A stretch of 64,000 nucleotides of DNA from Nitrospinales bacterium (GTDB lineage Bacteria > Nitrospinota > Nitrospinia > Nitrospinales > VA-1), in NCBI GenBank assembly GCA_965223345.1, contig CBDCWG010000012.1, positions 1,632,001 to 1,696,000 of the forward strand, read 5' to 3'. Positions 19,284 through 28,187 of this stretch are shown here, piece after piece. Made by a program: the position numbers and the translations under genes. The notes beneath the pieces are model-generated. The model was not told the DNA's origin. It was given only the letters and a program-made list of their open reading frames with translations, and did no database searches. Position 1 is the first letter of the stretch; every line of letters starts with the position of its first letter.

Positions 19284-19736
19284 TCAGAGGGTTTTTTTGT
19301 AGGGGTTGGTTTTCCACTGCGCCGGTTGCGGCTGCAGGGTCTTGCGCGGGCGCTGGCGCGGCCGTTCGGCGGGAACCTCCACATCCAGCGGGTGGATGCG
19401 GTTGCGTTCGGTTCTTTCCTTGTAGGCGGGGTAGTGGCCGGTGATGATCTCTTTTTCGATCAGGTACTGCCAGGTGGGGTAGTCGGGCAGAAATCCTTTG
19501 TTGATCAGGGACTGGATGTGCTGGCGGTTGGCGTAAAACGGCAGGATCAGCCAACCGATCCCGGCGGTGATCACGGTGAGGGCGATGGATAAAAACACCC
19601 AGGAGAACATGCCCTTGTAAAGGTACCAGAGGAAATTGAAAAACAGGCAGGGCCAGGAAAAGCCCTCGCGGATTTTGCGCGGACGCCTGGTTCTGGGGTG
19701 ATGCATTTTCCCGATCAGCCGGCTCTTGCGTATCAT
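19284..19736 (-). CDS. DUF2628-like membrane protein
   Basis: GFSWPCLFF..LWYLYKGM...FYANR. Confidence 0.75.
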   Translation of the reverse strand: MIRKSRLIGKMHHPRTRRPRKIREGFSWPCLFFNFLWYLYKGMFSWVFLSIALTVITAGIGWLILPFYANRQHIQSLINKGFLPDYPTWQYLIEKEIITGHYPAYKERTERNRIHPLDVEVPAERPRQRPRKTLQPQPAQWKTNPYKKTL

Positions 19737-19881
19737 CTCAGGCCACCCCTCTCAAAAATTTCACAACCGTTCGGCATGGCTTGTGTGTCCCTTTCGGATT
19801 TCTGGAGATCGATAGTACCTGACTTTTTTTATCATTGAAACCCCGCTTCCAGTTTAATCGGCTTGACGTTTGTATTTTCGT

Positions 19882-20829
19882 TCATTCGGGAATCGTCAAA
19901 TCCGGATTCATGCGCACGATCGATGCTGTGTACTCGTCGCCCAGTTCCGGGAACAGGTCCGGGTGCGTGCAATACGCCAGGATTTCAATGGAATCGAGGA
20001 TCCGCGGTCCGGGCCGGTTGAAGTAGGCGTTGCCGTCGATGAGAAACACGTTGCCGGTCCGGCAGGCGGTCCACTTTTCCCAGGGCGCGCAGGCCTTCAA
20101 AACATCGAGTTCCCCCATGCTCTGGCGCAGCTTGAAACCGCAGGGCTTGACCACCACCACGTCGGGGTCGATCGTCTCCAGCTCAGCACGTGTCACTGTG
20201 CGCGCATGTTCCCCGGCGGCGGCGAACAGGGCTTCGCCCTGGACGATGTCGATCATCTCCGGCACCCACATGCCGCCGACCATCACCGGGTCCATCCATT
20301 CGATGGTCAGCACTTTCTTTTTTGTCTCCACGCCGCTGGCGCTGATCGTGCCCTCGATGACGGCGATGCGTTTGTCCACCGATTCCTGGAAGCGGCTGTA
20401 ATCTTCCAGTCGATCGAGTTTTTCCGCGACGTGGTGGATGTCTTTCCAGATGTCCGCGAGCCGATGCGGCCTCAGAGAAATCAGTTGCGTCTGCTCACCC
20501 AGAACCTGGCGGCAGGCGCTTTCCACCTGAGCGAAGGGAACCGCGCAGACGTCGCAGATGTCCTGCGTGATCACGAAATCCGGGCTCAGCGTGTCCAGCA
20601 GCTTGAGGTCCAGGTCATAAACCGAAAGCGTCTGCCTGATCAGCTCCTCGACGGAATCGTGAATGCGGCGGCTGGAATCCTGCGCGTTGATCTTCGATGC
20701 GGTGACGCGGGGAAGGTGCGAAACGGTGGCGGGGTAATCGCATTCGTGGGAGATCCCCACCAGGTGCGATTTCAATCCCAACTGACACACCACTTCGGTG
20801 GCTGAAGGAAGCAGGCTGACCAGTCTCAT
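19882..20829 (-). CDS. Cobalamin/Fe-siderophore ABC substrate-binding family protein (BtuF-like), no signal peptide
   Basis: MRLVSLLPSATE, VGISHECDYP and DGNAYFNRPGPRI motifs. Confidence 0.88.
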   Translation of the reverse strand: MRLVSLLPSATEVVCQLGLKSHLVGISHECDYPATVSHLPRVTASKINAQDSSRRIHDSVEELIRQTLSVYDLDLKLLDTLSPDFVITQDICDVCAVPFAQVESACRQVLGEQTQLISLRPHRLADIWKDIHHVAEKLDRLEDYSRFQESVDKRIAVIEGTISASGVETKKKVLTIEWMDPVMVGGMWVPEMIDIVQGEALFAAAGEHARTVTRAELETIDPDVVVVKPCGFKLRQSMGELDVLKACAPWEKWTACRTGNVFLIDGNAYFNRPGPRILDSIEILAYCTHPDLFPELGDEYTASIVRMNPDLTIPE

Positions 20830-21100
20830 GGCGTCTCCGTGTTCGGCCCCGCAGTCTTGTGGATGCACGCGCCTTGCCTTCCCATCTCAAGCTGTGGCCG
20901 GGGATGGGGCGAGCGCTGCGCGAATGCATTGTTTGAATTTATTTTATAATTCCTCCGGCATTGTGCCAGAGAAATTTTTGATTTCGTTAAAGAAAAAGCG
21001 GTTTTTTGATGATATAGATGGGAAGATCCCGGCTTTTCGCAATGAAAATGTGACCGGTGTCACAAAATGCGGTGGATTTTTTTCTTGCGGCGGGTTTCAG

Positions 21101-21182
21101 AAAAAAAACAGTGAAAACCACCCATCAGAGGGTGCCGGAGGAGGAGTCAGTAAAACAAGATGGGTGGTTTTCACATTTTTTC
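21101..21182. terminator. Large inverted repeat or terminator downstream of the second XRE gene
   Basis: Perfect 16-bp IR GTGAAAACCACCCATC (21111-21126) / GATGGGTGGTTTTCAC (21159-21174) with a 32-nt loop and A/T tracts on both sides. Confidence 0.65.
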
Positions 21183-21238
21183 AGTGAGCCTGCGATGGGT
21201 CCGGTGCCCAACCTCACTTCAGTTTGATTTGTTTCGCT

Positions 21239-21442
21239 TCACATGCCCTGGCCTTCGTTGAAAATCCGCGCCCGGTTGGAGAGTTTGTAACCGAGTGCCA
21301 GGATGATCTTGCGCTTGGTGTCGAGACGGCAATCGCCGCCGTTTTCGATACGGTGAATGGTCTGCACGGTGACCTGAGCTTTTCTCGCCAGCTCCGCCTT
21401 GCTCATCATTTTCGATTCCCTGATTTCGCGAACATGATTCAT
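21239..21442 (-). CDS. XRE-family HTH regulator, paralog of 6483..6839
   Basis: AAGGAGGAG RBS and MMSKAELARKA.VTVQTI.RIE.G..CRL.TKRKIILALGY shared with the paralog. Confidence 0.9.
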   Translation of the reverse strand: MNHVREIRESKMMSKAELARKAQVTVQTIHRIENGGDCRLDTKRKIILALGYKLSNRARIFNEGQGM

Positions 21443-21665
21443 CGCTCTCCTCCTTCCCTGGAGTGTCGCCAACCTCATTGAAAACGACCGCCGCCCTGCG
21501 CGCGTTTTCAGACCCGGGTCCGGAACGCGGACAGGCCCTGGCTTTCATGAGCTCAACCGCGAGCGAATTCGCCCGAAAAAAACCCCTCCTGCGAACCCGC
21601 ACCACAGACGTAAAGCCTGTGGCGGGTGCCCACTGAAAACAGATTTACATTAACCGATGGCACCG

Positions 21666-21694
21666 AATTTACAAAATTATCGGGCTTTTGGCAA
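21666..21694 (-). promoter_or_regulatory. Sigma70-type promoter for the XRE gene
   Basis: TTGCCA-17 nt-TAAATT on the minus strand. Confidence 0.5.
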
Positions 21695-21953
21695 CCATGA
21701 ATTTGCATTTTCTTACTCATTAATTTTTAAAATTAAATAAATCAATGTGCTTATTATTCAATTTTTTTGTGAATTCAGTTCCGGCTTCAGAATGTTGGTA
21801 AGACAGTGGTTGTAAATGAACCAAAAACGGGTTCGGTTGCCGCGGCACGGTCCGAAACGGTGCGCGCGGGAACGGGGTTTTCCGGAGAGACAACCCACTG
21901 CGAGCCGCAAAAGGCGGCCTCGGCCTCCCGCGTGCGGAGTGTGCAAAGGCCGC

Positions 21954-21982
21954 TTGACGAATGGAAAATTTGCCCTTATGTT
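21954..21982 (+). promoter_or_regulatory. Sigma70-type promoter for the FG-GAP gene
   Basis: TTGACG-17 nt-TATGTT. Confidence 0.45.
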
Positions 21983-22084
21983 TTAAACATCGGGGTCCTT
22001 ACAAACCGCGGGAAAAATTCGGTTTAGCGGGACGGCCCGGATTGATTGCGTACAACCCATCTCCACACCCTTGGACCCTTGGAT

Positions 22085-23230
22085 ATGAAACGTTTATCTC
22101 TGATTTGCGTCTGGATTTCAGTCATTTTTCTTGTCGGTTGCCCGCAGCCGAAAACGTCGAAAAGAATGCCCCCGCTTTTCTTCCTCGGGTACGCCCTCGA
22201 CACCGGCGCCGAACCTTCGTTTTTGATCACCGATGATTTCAACCGCGACAAGAAGCTCGATTTGATCGTGGCCAACAGCGGGGACCACACGTTTTCTTAC
22301 TACAAGGGCAATGGAGACGGGACTTTTCAGGATCAGCGGATCTTCAACACCGGGCACGACCCGATCTGCATCGTCGGCTCGGATTTCAATAAGGACGGGT
22401 ATCTGGATCTGGCGGTGTTGAATTACCAGGACCAGAATATTCAGATTTTTCTCAACACGCGGCTGGGCAGCTTCCAGCAGGTCAAAACCGTTCTCAAGCC
22501 CGGTAAAATCCCCATCAACCTGGAAGCGGGGGATTTGAACGGCGACGGGTTTCCCGATCTGGTCGTCACCATGCGCTACCACAAGGTGATGATCCTCATC
22601 GGCAAGGGGAACGGCCACTTTTACGATCCCAAAAAAGTCGATGTCGGCGGTCAGCCGACGGCGATCGTCATGGGCGATTACAACCACGATGAAAAACGCG
22701 ATGTGGCGGTTGCGCTCGCCGGGTCCGGCAACAAGGGCGTTCAGATCCTGTGGGGCAAGGGAGACGGCACGTTCCGCACTTCGAAGGTGTTTCGGGGAGG
22801 CGGTCAACCGCTGACGCTGGCCAACCTGGATGTCAACAAGGACGGCTTCATGGATCTGGTCACGTCCAGCAACGTCCTGCATTCGATGACCACCGTGATC
22901 AACAACGGCGACGAGACGTTCACCGCCCTCAGGGATTTTGCGTCCGGCAGTTTCCCCAAATTCGTGGCGGTCGCCGATTTCACAGGCGACGGCAATGAGG
23001 ACCTGGCGGTGTCGAACGCCACGGACGATTTCATCTCCGTTTCTCTCGGCAGGGGTGACGGCACGTTCACCTATCCGCCGATCTTCCACGGGGTCGACGA
23101 GTACCCGCAGGGGATCGCCACCGGCGATTTCAACAACGACGGGCTGATCGATCTTGCGGTGTCCTGCCGCGACGAAAAGATCATCGACATTCTCATCAAA
23201 AAGAACATGGTCAACCCCACCCCCTCATGA
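22085..23230 (+). CDS. FG-GAP/VCBS-repeat beta-propeller lipoprotein
   Basis: Lipobox LVGC and seven DFNxDGxxDL...GxGDGTF repeats. Confidence 0.9.
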   Translation: MKRLSLICVWISVIFLVGCPQPKTSKRMPPLFFLGYALDTGAEPSFLITDDFNRDKKLDLIVANSGDHTFSYYKGNGDGTFQDQRIFNTGHDPICIVGSDFNKDGYLDLAVLNYQDQNIQIFLNTRLGSFQQVKTVLKPGKIPINLEAGDLNGDGFPDLVVTMRYHKVMILIGKGNGHFYDPKKVDVGGQPTAIVMGDYNHDEKRDVAVALAGSGNKGVQILWGKGDGTFRTSKVFRGGGQPLTLANLDVNKDGFMDLVTSSNVLHSMTTVINNGDETFTALRDFASGSFPKFVAVADFTGDGNEDLAVSNATDDFISVSLGRGDGTFTYPPIFHGVDEYPQGIATGDFNNDGLIDLAVSCRDEKIIDILIKKNMVNPTPS

Positions 23231-23358
23231 CTCCTGCCCGAACTGGAAGTAGGCCCCGCCCGGTGGGGAATAACGCCGGCCGGGAACGGTAGTTACTGCC
23301 CTTTGGTATTTCTTGATAATTTCTTATGAATTATAGCCTATAGCCGAACATTGATTTT

Positions 23359-24459
23359 TTAAGATCCGTTATCGTAAAATCCGAAATCTGTATATCCTTC
23401 TTTTTCAAACGAAAACCAAGCGCCCGCATCCGCATCAGCAGCCAACGGCCAACCGTTACGAAACCGCTCGACAAGATCCGGGTTGCTGATAAAGGGACGT
23501 CCAAATGCGATCATATTTGCATTCTCTTCATGGATCGCTGCCTCCGCCGTCTCTTTTGTGTATCCACAATTCCCAATGATTGGACCGGAAAAAACATTGC
23601 GAAATTCCTTCAACATCATCGGTTCTCCTAGTTCATGAAAGCCGAATGCCAGACCATCGACTACGTGCAAATAAGCCAAACCCATTTTGTCTAGCTGACT
23701 GGCATAAAAGGTAAAAGCATCTCGATAGTCTTCAGAACCCATGTCATTGTAATTTCCATTGGGACTGAGACGAACACCGATCTTGTTGGCTGGCCAGACT
23801 TCCGTGATCGCAGTGACAACTTCATGAAGAAACCGAAACCGATTTTCAAGGCTTCCTCCGTAAGCGTCGGTCCGGGTGTTCGTTTTTGATTGGAGAAACT
23901 CGTCGAGTAAATACCCGTTGGCGCTGTGAACCTCCACCCCATCAAATCCTGCTTTTTTGGCTCTTCTTGCCGCAAGCTTGTAATCATTCACTATTTGAGG
24001 GATTTCATCGGTATCCAGGGCCCTGGGAACTTCGAGATCTTTTTTGCCATGTGGAGTATGGATGTATTCCAAATTGGGTTTAATGGCCGATGGAGCCACA
24101 GGAAGTTCACCGCCATGAAAAGCGCTGTGAGAGGCCCGGCCGCAATGCCACAATTGAAGAAAAATTTTCGAGCCTTTGGAATGGACTTTATCCGTAACGA
24201 TTTTCCAGCCTTCTGCTTGCTCATCCGTAAAGATCCCCGGTGCGTTAACCCAACCCACAGCTTGTTTAGAGATAAATGTTCCCTCTGTAATGAGCAATCC
24301 AGCCGCCGACCGTTGGTAATAATATTCTGCCATTAGCGCGTTGGCCGTTTGTTCTGAGCCCGCCCGGGCTCGAGTCATAGGTGCAAGAACAATACGATTT
24401 TGCAAAGTGAGATCGCCTAACTGGAACGGACTGAATAATGTGTTGCTCTCCGGATTCAT
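23359..24459 (-). CDS. nemA: Old-yellow-enzyme alkene reductase (NemA-like), AT-rich
   Basis: NRIVLAPMTR, QLWHCGR, EVHSANGYL, RTDAYGGS and FGRPFISNPDL motifs. Confidence 0.9.
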   Translation of the reverse strand: MNPESNTLFSPFQLGDLTLQNRIVLAPMTRARAGSEQTANALMAEYYYQRSAAGLLITEGTFISKQAVGWVNAPGIFTDEQAEGWKIVTDKVHSKGSKIFLQLWHCGRASHSAFHGGELPVAPSAIKPNLEYIHTPHGKKDLEVPRALDTDEIPQIVNDYKLAARRAKKAGFDGVEVHSANGYLLDEFLQSKTNTRTDAYGGSLENRFRFLHEVVTAITEVWPANKIGVRLSPNGNYNDMGSEDYRDAFTFYASQLDKMGLAYLHVVDGLAFGFHELGEPMMLKEFRNVFSGPIIGNCGYTKETAEAAIHEENANMIAFGRPFISNPDLVERFRNGWPLAADADAGAWFSFEKEGYTDFGFYDNGS

Positions 24460-24631
24460 CCTTTCTCTCCAACAATATTTTTCGGTGCAAATAAAATACA
24501 ATATTAAAATAAAAGGGCCTAATCAAAAAGACCACGCCCAAACATATCAAAACGAGATCGGATGAATTGAGAGCTATTCGGTTGTCAAATTGCGCAGAAG
24601 GAAGCGGCCCCCATAAATAACATTATTCCTT

Positions 24632-24692
24632 CCGACATTGGGTGACCGGCGAATTTCAAATATTCAATGTCCGCTTTGGGTCGGTAGCAGAC
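24632..24692. repeat. Short imperfect palindromic intergenic element
   Basis: GACATTG...CAATGTC inverted pair followed by GTCCGCT-TTGGGTCGGT-AGCAGAC. Confidence 0.45.
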
Positions 24693-24732
24693 CTGTCAGT
24701 CAGGTGAGAAGTTGAGATGTGGCAGGAAACGT

Positions 24733-25506
24733 TCAATAGGAGGCGCGGCTTATCTTTTTACTCCTTTGGGGCCAACGAACTTTGGCGGGAAACGGCATGA
24801 TTGCTTTTAATAGTCCAAAGGCAAACACGGCGTAGACGAAGGCATAGTTGGCTTCTTTGAGTTCATTGAGAGCTCTGAGAAATTGCCCAGGGGAACCGGA
24901 GAAAGAGAAATTGAAAATATGAAAAACGATGTAATTGATCAAAACCAGTCCACCGTACCAAAGAGGAATGGCGGGCATCTGGATTTTCTCAATGAAACGA
25001 TGAATGAGTGAGGAAATACGATTCAACAGAGGAATCAGAATAAACAAAGCAAAGGTAAACAGGGAAAATAAACTGGCCAGTACGAACAATTTCTCCAAAC
25101 CGGACTTGCTGCTTCCATCCGGATTGCCCGGCTCAAACATCCAGAGGTTATGCAGGTTGGTTTCCTGTTGGGCGTTGATCGCTTTAAACGATTCCGGAGT
25201 TTCCCAGCCCCAGATTCGTTGTCCCCAACTGATCTCTTCTCCGAAGCAGACAAAAAGAACGAGAGCCAGCAACAAATAATAAAACTTCCGGTAGTTCGCC
25301 GTTTTCTTTATTTCAGTTTCAGGGTCCCGTTTTCCGGAGATGAAAAAACAGATTAAGAGCATGCAAGATGCCAGCAGAAAGAATCCCGCTCCCAGACTTT
25401 CAATCCAGCCGTCTTCCTGCCCCAGGGGAATGACGATGGACGTATCGAGGAAGGCTATGAAATAAGTGGATATGATGAAAGCAAAAAGCAGGAGCTTTAA
25501 TTTCAT
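24733..25506 (-). CDS. Integral membrane protein (EDG..E / GEEISWGQR / N.Q.E.NLHN family), AT-rich
   Basis: Conserved motif set and multiple TMs. Confidence 0.8.
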   Translation of the reverse strand: MKLKLLLFAFIISTYFIAFLDTSIVIPLGQEDGWIESLGAGFFLLASCMLLICFFISGKRDPETEIKKTANYRKFYYLLLALVLFVCFGEEISWGQRIWGWETPESFKAINAQQETNLHNLWMFEPGNPDGSSKSGLEKLFVLASLFSLFTFALFILIPLLNRISSLIHRFIEKIQMPAIPLWYGGLVLINYIVFHIFNFSFSGSPGQFLRALNELKEANYAFVYAVFAFGLLKAIMPFPAKVRWPQRSKKISRASY

Positions 25507-25759
25507 CTCGCAAAACCCCAATGTATAGACAATAGTCTCCTAACATAATTCAAATCTATGGCATTACGGTTTAGGACCTGTCACGGTTGTGTCAAACCGA
25601 TGGAATTCCCCACCTTATCGGTCTGGCCGTGGTCAGGGAAACGGTCGAAGGGGGAATGGCCGGCATTGGCCTCTATCGAGGAGCCCGTTCAGGCAAACTC
25701 GAAGGCGGTTTTCGCTGGCGAAACCATGCCAGCGGTGCAGAATTGATCTGTTTTTTTGC

Positions 25760-27532
25760 TTAAAGAGCGGTTTTGGCTTCAGGGCGGAGGGTGAGTTCCT
25801 GAACGCCGCCTTCGGGCAGGACGCCGAGGATACGTCGGGGTTGCAGGTGTTGCGCGACTTCCAGCACGTTCTGATAGCCGGGCAGGTGGTTGTTGGCCAT
25901 GGGCAGCAGCACGCAATCGTAACGGCGGCGGCGCAGCGTATCGAGCAGCGCGTCATCGATGCGCTCGATGGCAAAAAATCCCGCGCCGTAGCTCAGGTAT
26001 TCGCGCACACCGGAAAGATCGCCGATCTCCCGGGCGACGGTCTCCTGCCCGAGCACATCGAGCATGATGTCCGGGAGTGCGGCGACGATCTGCTGGATCA
26101 TCCAGGTTCGCGCGCTACGCAGAAGGAGGACGGTGGCGCCGGATCGGAGGCTGCGGCGCAACGGGGTGTCTGTGTCCGCATACGATGCGCCCATTGAGGC
26201 GGCTTTGAGTTTGCCCTTGTCGAAGGCGTCCAGCGCGGCGTCGAACATGGACTTGATTTCCTGCGCCGGATAGTGCGGATAATCCACCACCACGTGACCG
26301 TTGCCGTCAAAATCCTGCCAGCCGGCCTGTTCAGTCAGGTAGGACGCGTCCACGCAGCTTTCGTAAAAATCGGTGCCGGGCTGCGGCGTGTTGATGGAAA
26401 CCTGCACCTCGTCGAGCAGCCCCTGGCTCGTCAGCTCGTGGATCAGGTCCACGGTTTTCCGGTCTTCCCGCCGGTCGGAGCCCAGCCCGCCCATGCTGAA
26501 GGTGGCGTAAAAGGTGAGGCCCAGCCGCTTGCCGAATTTCAAAATCGACCGCAGTTTTTTCAGGTCGTGTTTCTTTCCCAGGGTCATTTTGTCCGCCACC
26601 CGGTCGCTGCCGGTCTCGACGCCGAAACGGATTTTGTAGTACCCGGCCTGCACCATCTCTTTCAAGGCTTCCTCATCGAGGGACACGTATTCGCACAGGG
26701 CCTCGTATTTCAAATCGTCGAGTCCCGCCGCACGGATGGCGCGGGCGAGGCCGATGTTGAAGCTCTTTTTGATGTTGTGCACCTCCTCGTCGAAGAACAC
26801 GCCTTCCATTTCGGGATACTTGTCCCGCAGCGTGCGGATTTCCTCGACGACGCTGTCGATGTTGCGCGGCCGCCAGTTGAGCTCGTCGTAATACAGCGTG
26901 GCGGCTGCGCAGAAGTTGCAGCGGCGCGGGCATCCGCGCGAGGCGTACATCTGGATCTGGCGGTAGCGGCAGTTGGGCTCGTGGTAGTCCAGGCGGCGCA
27001 CGTCTTCATCTTCGGGAAAGGGCAGCGCGTCCACATCGATGAGTTCGCCGCGCGCGTTCGGATACACGCCGGGCAGGGTTTTCGGGTCCCTGCCGCGGAT
27101 GAGCTCGAGAACGGTGAACTCGTACTCTCCGATCAGGACGTGATCGGCCACTTCAAGCACTTCCTCAGGTTTGGCCATCGGGTGCTGGCCGGTGAAGACG
27201 AGCCTCGTGCCCCATTTCTCCTTTGCGGCCGCCGCCAGGCGCAAATCGGCGTGAATGGTGCGGGTCGAGCTTTCGAAGATCAGCCAGTCCGGGCGTTCGT
27301 TTTCCAGCGCCGCAAGATAGGCGTCGTGGTCCCAGCCATTCAGCACGCCGTCGAGAAACTTGACCCGGTGCGGGGTTTCCCGTTTTAAAAGCGCGGAGGT
27401 GTAGGCGAGCTGCCAGGGGTAGTAGCCGCAGTTGGTGAAGTTTTTCACGCCGAGCGACCAGCGCGAGGGGACGTGCACCATGTGGTAGCCCGCGCGGTCG
27501 ATGCCGACGGAGTTGGCGACGACGATGTTCAT
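25760..27532 (-). CDS. B12-binding-domain radical SAM protein with a C-terminal GT9-like Rossmann half-domain
   Basis: SRGCPRRCNFC, FGVETG and TPQPGT motifs; C-terminal VLLLRSAR...LRRRRYDCVL. Confidence 0.88.
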   Translation of the reverse strand: MNIVVANSVGIDRAGYHMVHVPSRWSLGVKNFTNCGYYPWQLAYTSALLKRETPHRVKFLDGVLNGWDHDAYLAALENERPDWLIFESSTRTIHADLRLAAAAKEKWGTRLVFTGQHPMAKPEEVLEVADHVLIGEYEFTVLELIRGRDPKTLPGVYPNARGELIDVDALPFPEDEDVRRLDYHEPNCRYRQIQMYASRGCPRRCNFCAAATLYYDELNWRPRNIDSVVEEIRTLRDKYPEMEGVFFDEEVHNIKKSFNIGLARAIRAAGLDDLKYEALCEYVSLDEEALKEMVQAGYYKIRFGVETGSDRVADKMTLGKKHDLKKLRSILKFGKRLGLTFYATFSMGGLGSDRREDRKTVDLIHELTSQGLLDEVQVSINTPQPGTDFYESCVDASYLTEQAGWQDFDGNGHVVVDYPHYPAQEIKSMFDAALDAFDKGKLKAASMGASYADTDTPLRRSLRSGATVLLLRSARTWMIQQIVAALPDIMLDVLGQETVAREIGDLSGVREYLSYGAGFFAIERIDDALLDTLRRRRYDCVLLPMANNHLPGYQNVLEVAQHLQPRRILGVLPEGGVQELTLRPEAKTAL

Positions 27533-27539
27533 GAAGGAC

Positions 27540-28187
27540 TCATACCCGTGTCAGCACGTTGGCCGCATCGGGGGCGGGGGAGGCGGGCTGTTGCTTCTCA
27601 GCGGCGGCGGTGACGTGGGTTTGCGGTCGGCGGTCTGGCGAGGCAAACAGTTTGCGCCAGATCCATTCGGCGGCCAGTCCCAGCGTGATGGCGCCGAACA
27701 GCACGACCGTGGCGCAAACATTGAGCGCCACAAGCAGCAGGCGGGTGCGTTCGAGCAGCCATTTTTTTACGACGCTTTTTTGGTTCAACGGGACGTGTGC
27801 GCCGCGCGGGTTGTAGCCGCGCACCGCTTTGGCGCCGGAGGCGACGGCCAGCGCGTCGATGTTGGAATAGCCGAGACCGTGATCGACGTTGTACAGGGCC
27901 ACGGCGAGATCGAATTTGCGGCGCTTCAGTTCTTTCAGGTTGTCGCGGCCGTAGTGCCGCACGCTCATGCGGCGGCCGCTGCGGATGGTCAGCACCTCAT
28001 CGACCAGCGGGTCCTGACGCGCGGCTTCCTCCACGCCCTGCGGCGCCAGCAGCGTGACCTTGGAGTCGGGGAACTCCTGCTTCAAGGACGCCAGCGTCGG
28101 GTTGAGGATGCGGGTGGCCGAACGGATGATGAGAATATGCGTCCTCTGCGATTCCATAGGGGGGGCCGGTTGCGCGTTCGTCGTCAC
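27540..28187 (-). CDS. Stand-alone GT9 (heptosyltransferase) N-terminal-like domain with a C-terminal TM anchor
   Basis: ILIIRS...LKQEFPDSKVTLL...DPLVDEVL...LKRRKFDLAV. The GTG start overlaps the upstream TGA. Confidence 0.75.
   Translation of the reverse strand: MTTNAQPAPPMESQRTHILIIRSATRILNPTLASLKQEFPDSKVTLLAPQGVEEAARQDPLVDEVLTIRSGRRMSVRHYGRDNLKELKRRKFDLAVALYNVDHGLGYSNIDALAVASGAKAVRGYNPRGAHVPLNQKSVVKKWLLERTRLLLVALNVCATVVLFGAITLGLAAEWIWRKLFASPDRRPQTHVTAAAEKQQPASPAPDAANVLTRV

Noticed and set aside
20830..21100. Expected cobalamin riboswitch upstream of the BtuF-like gene (also checked upstream of the cobC-like and B12-rSAM genes)
   Set aside because: No B12-box or GGGAA/GCCACTG core was seen.
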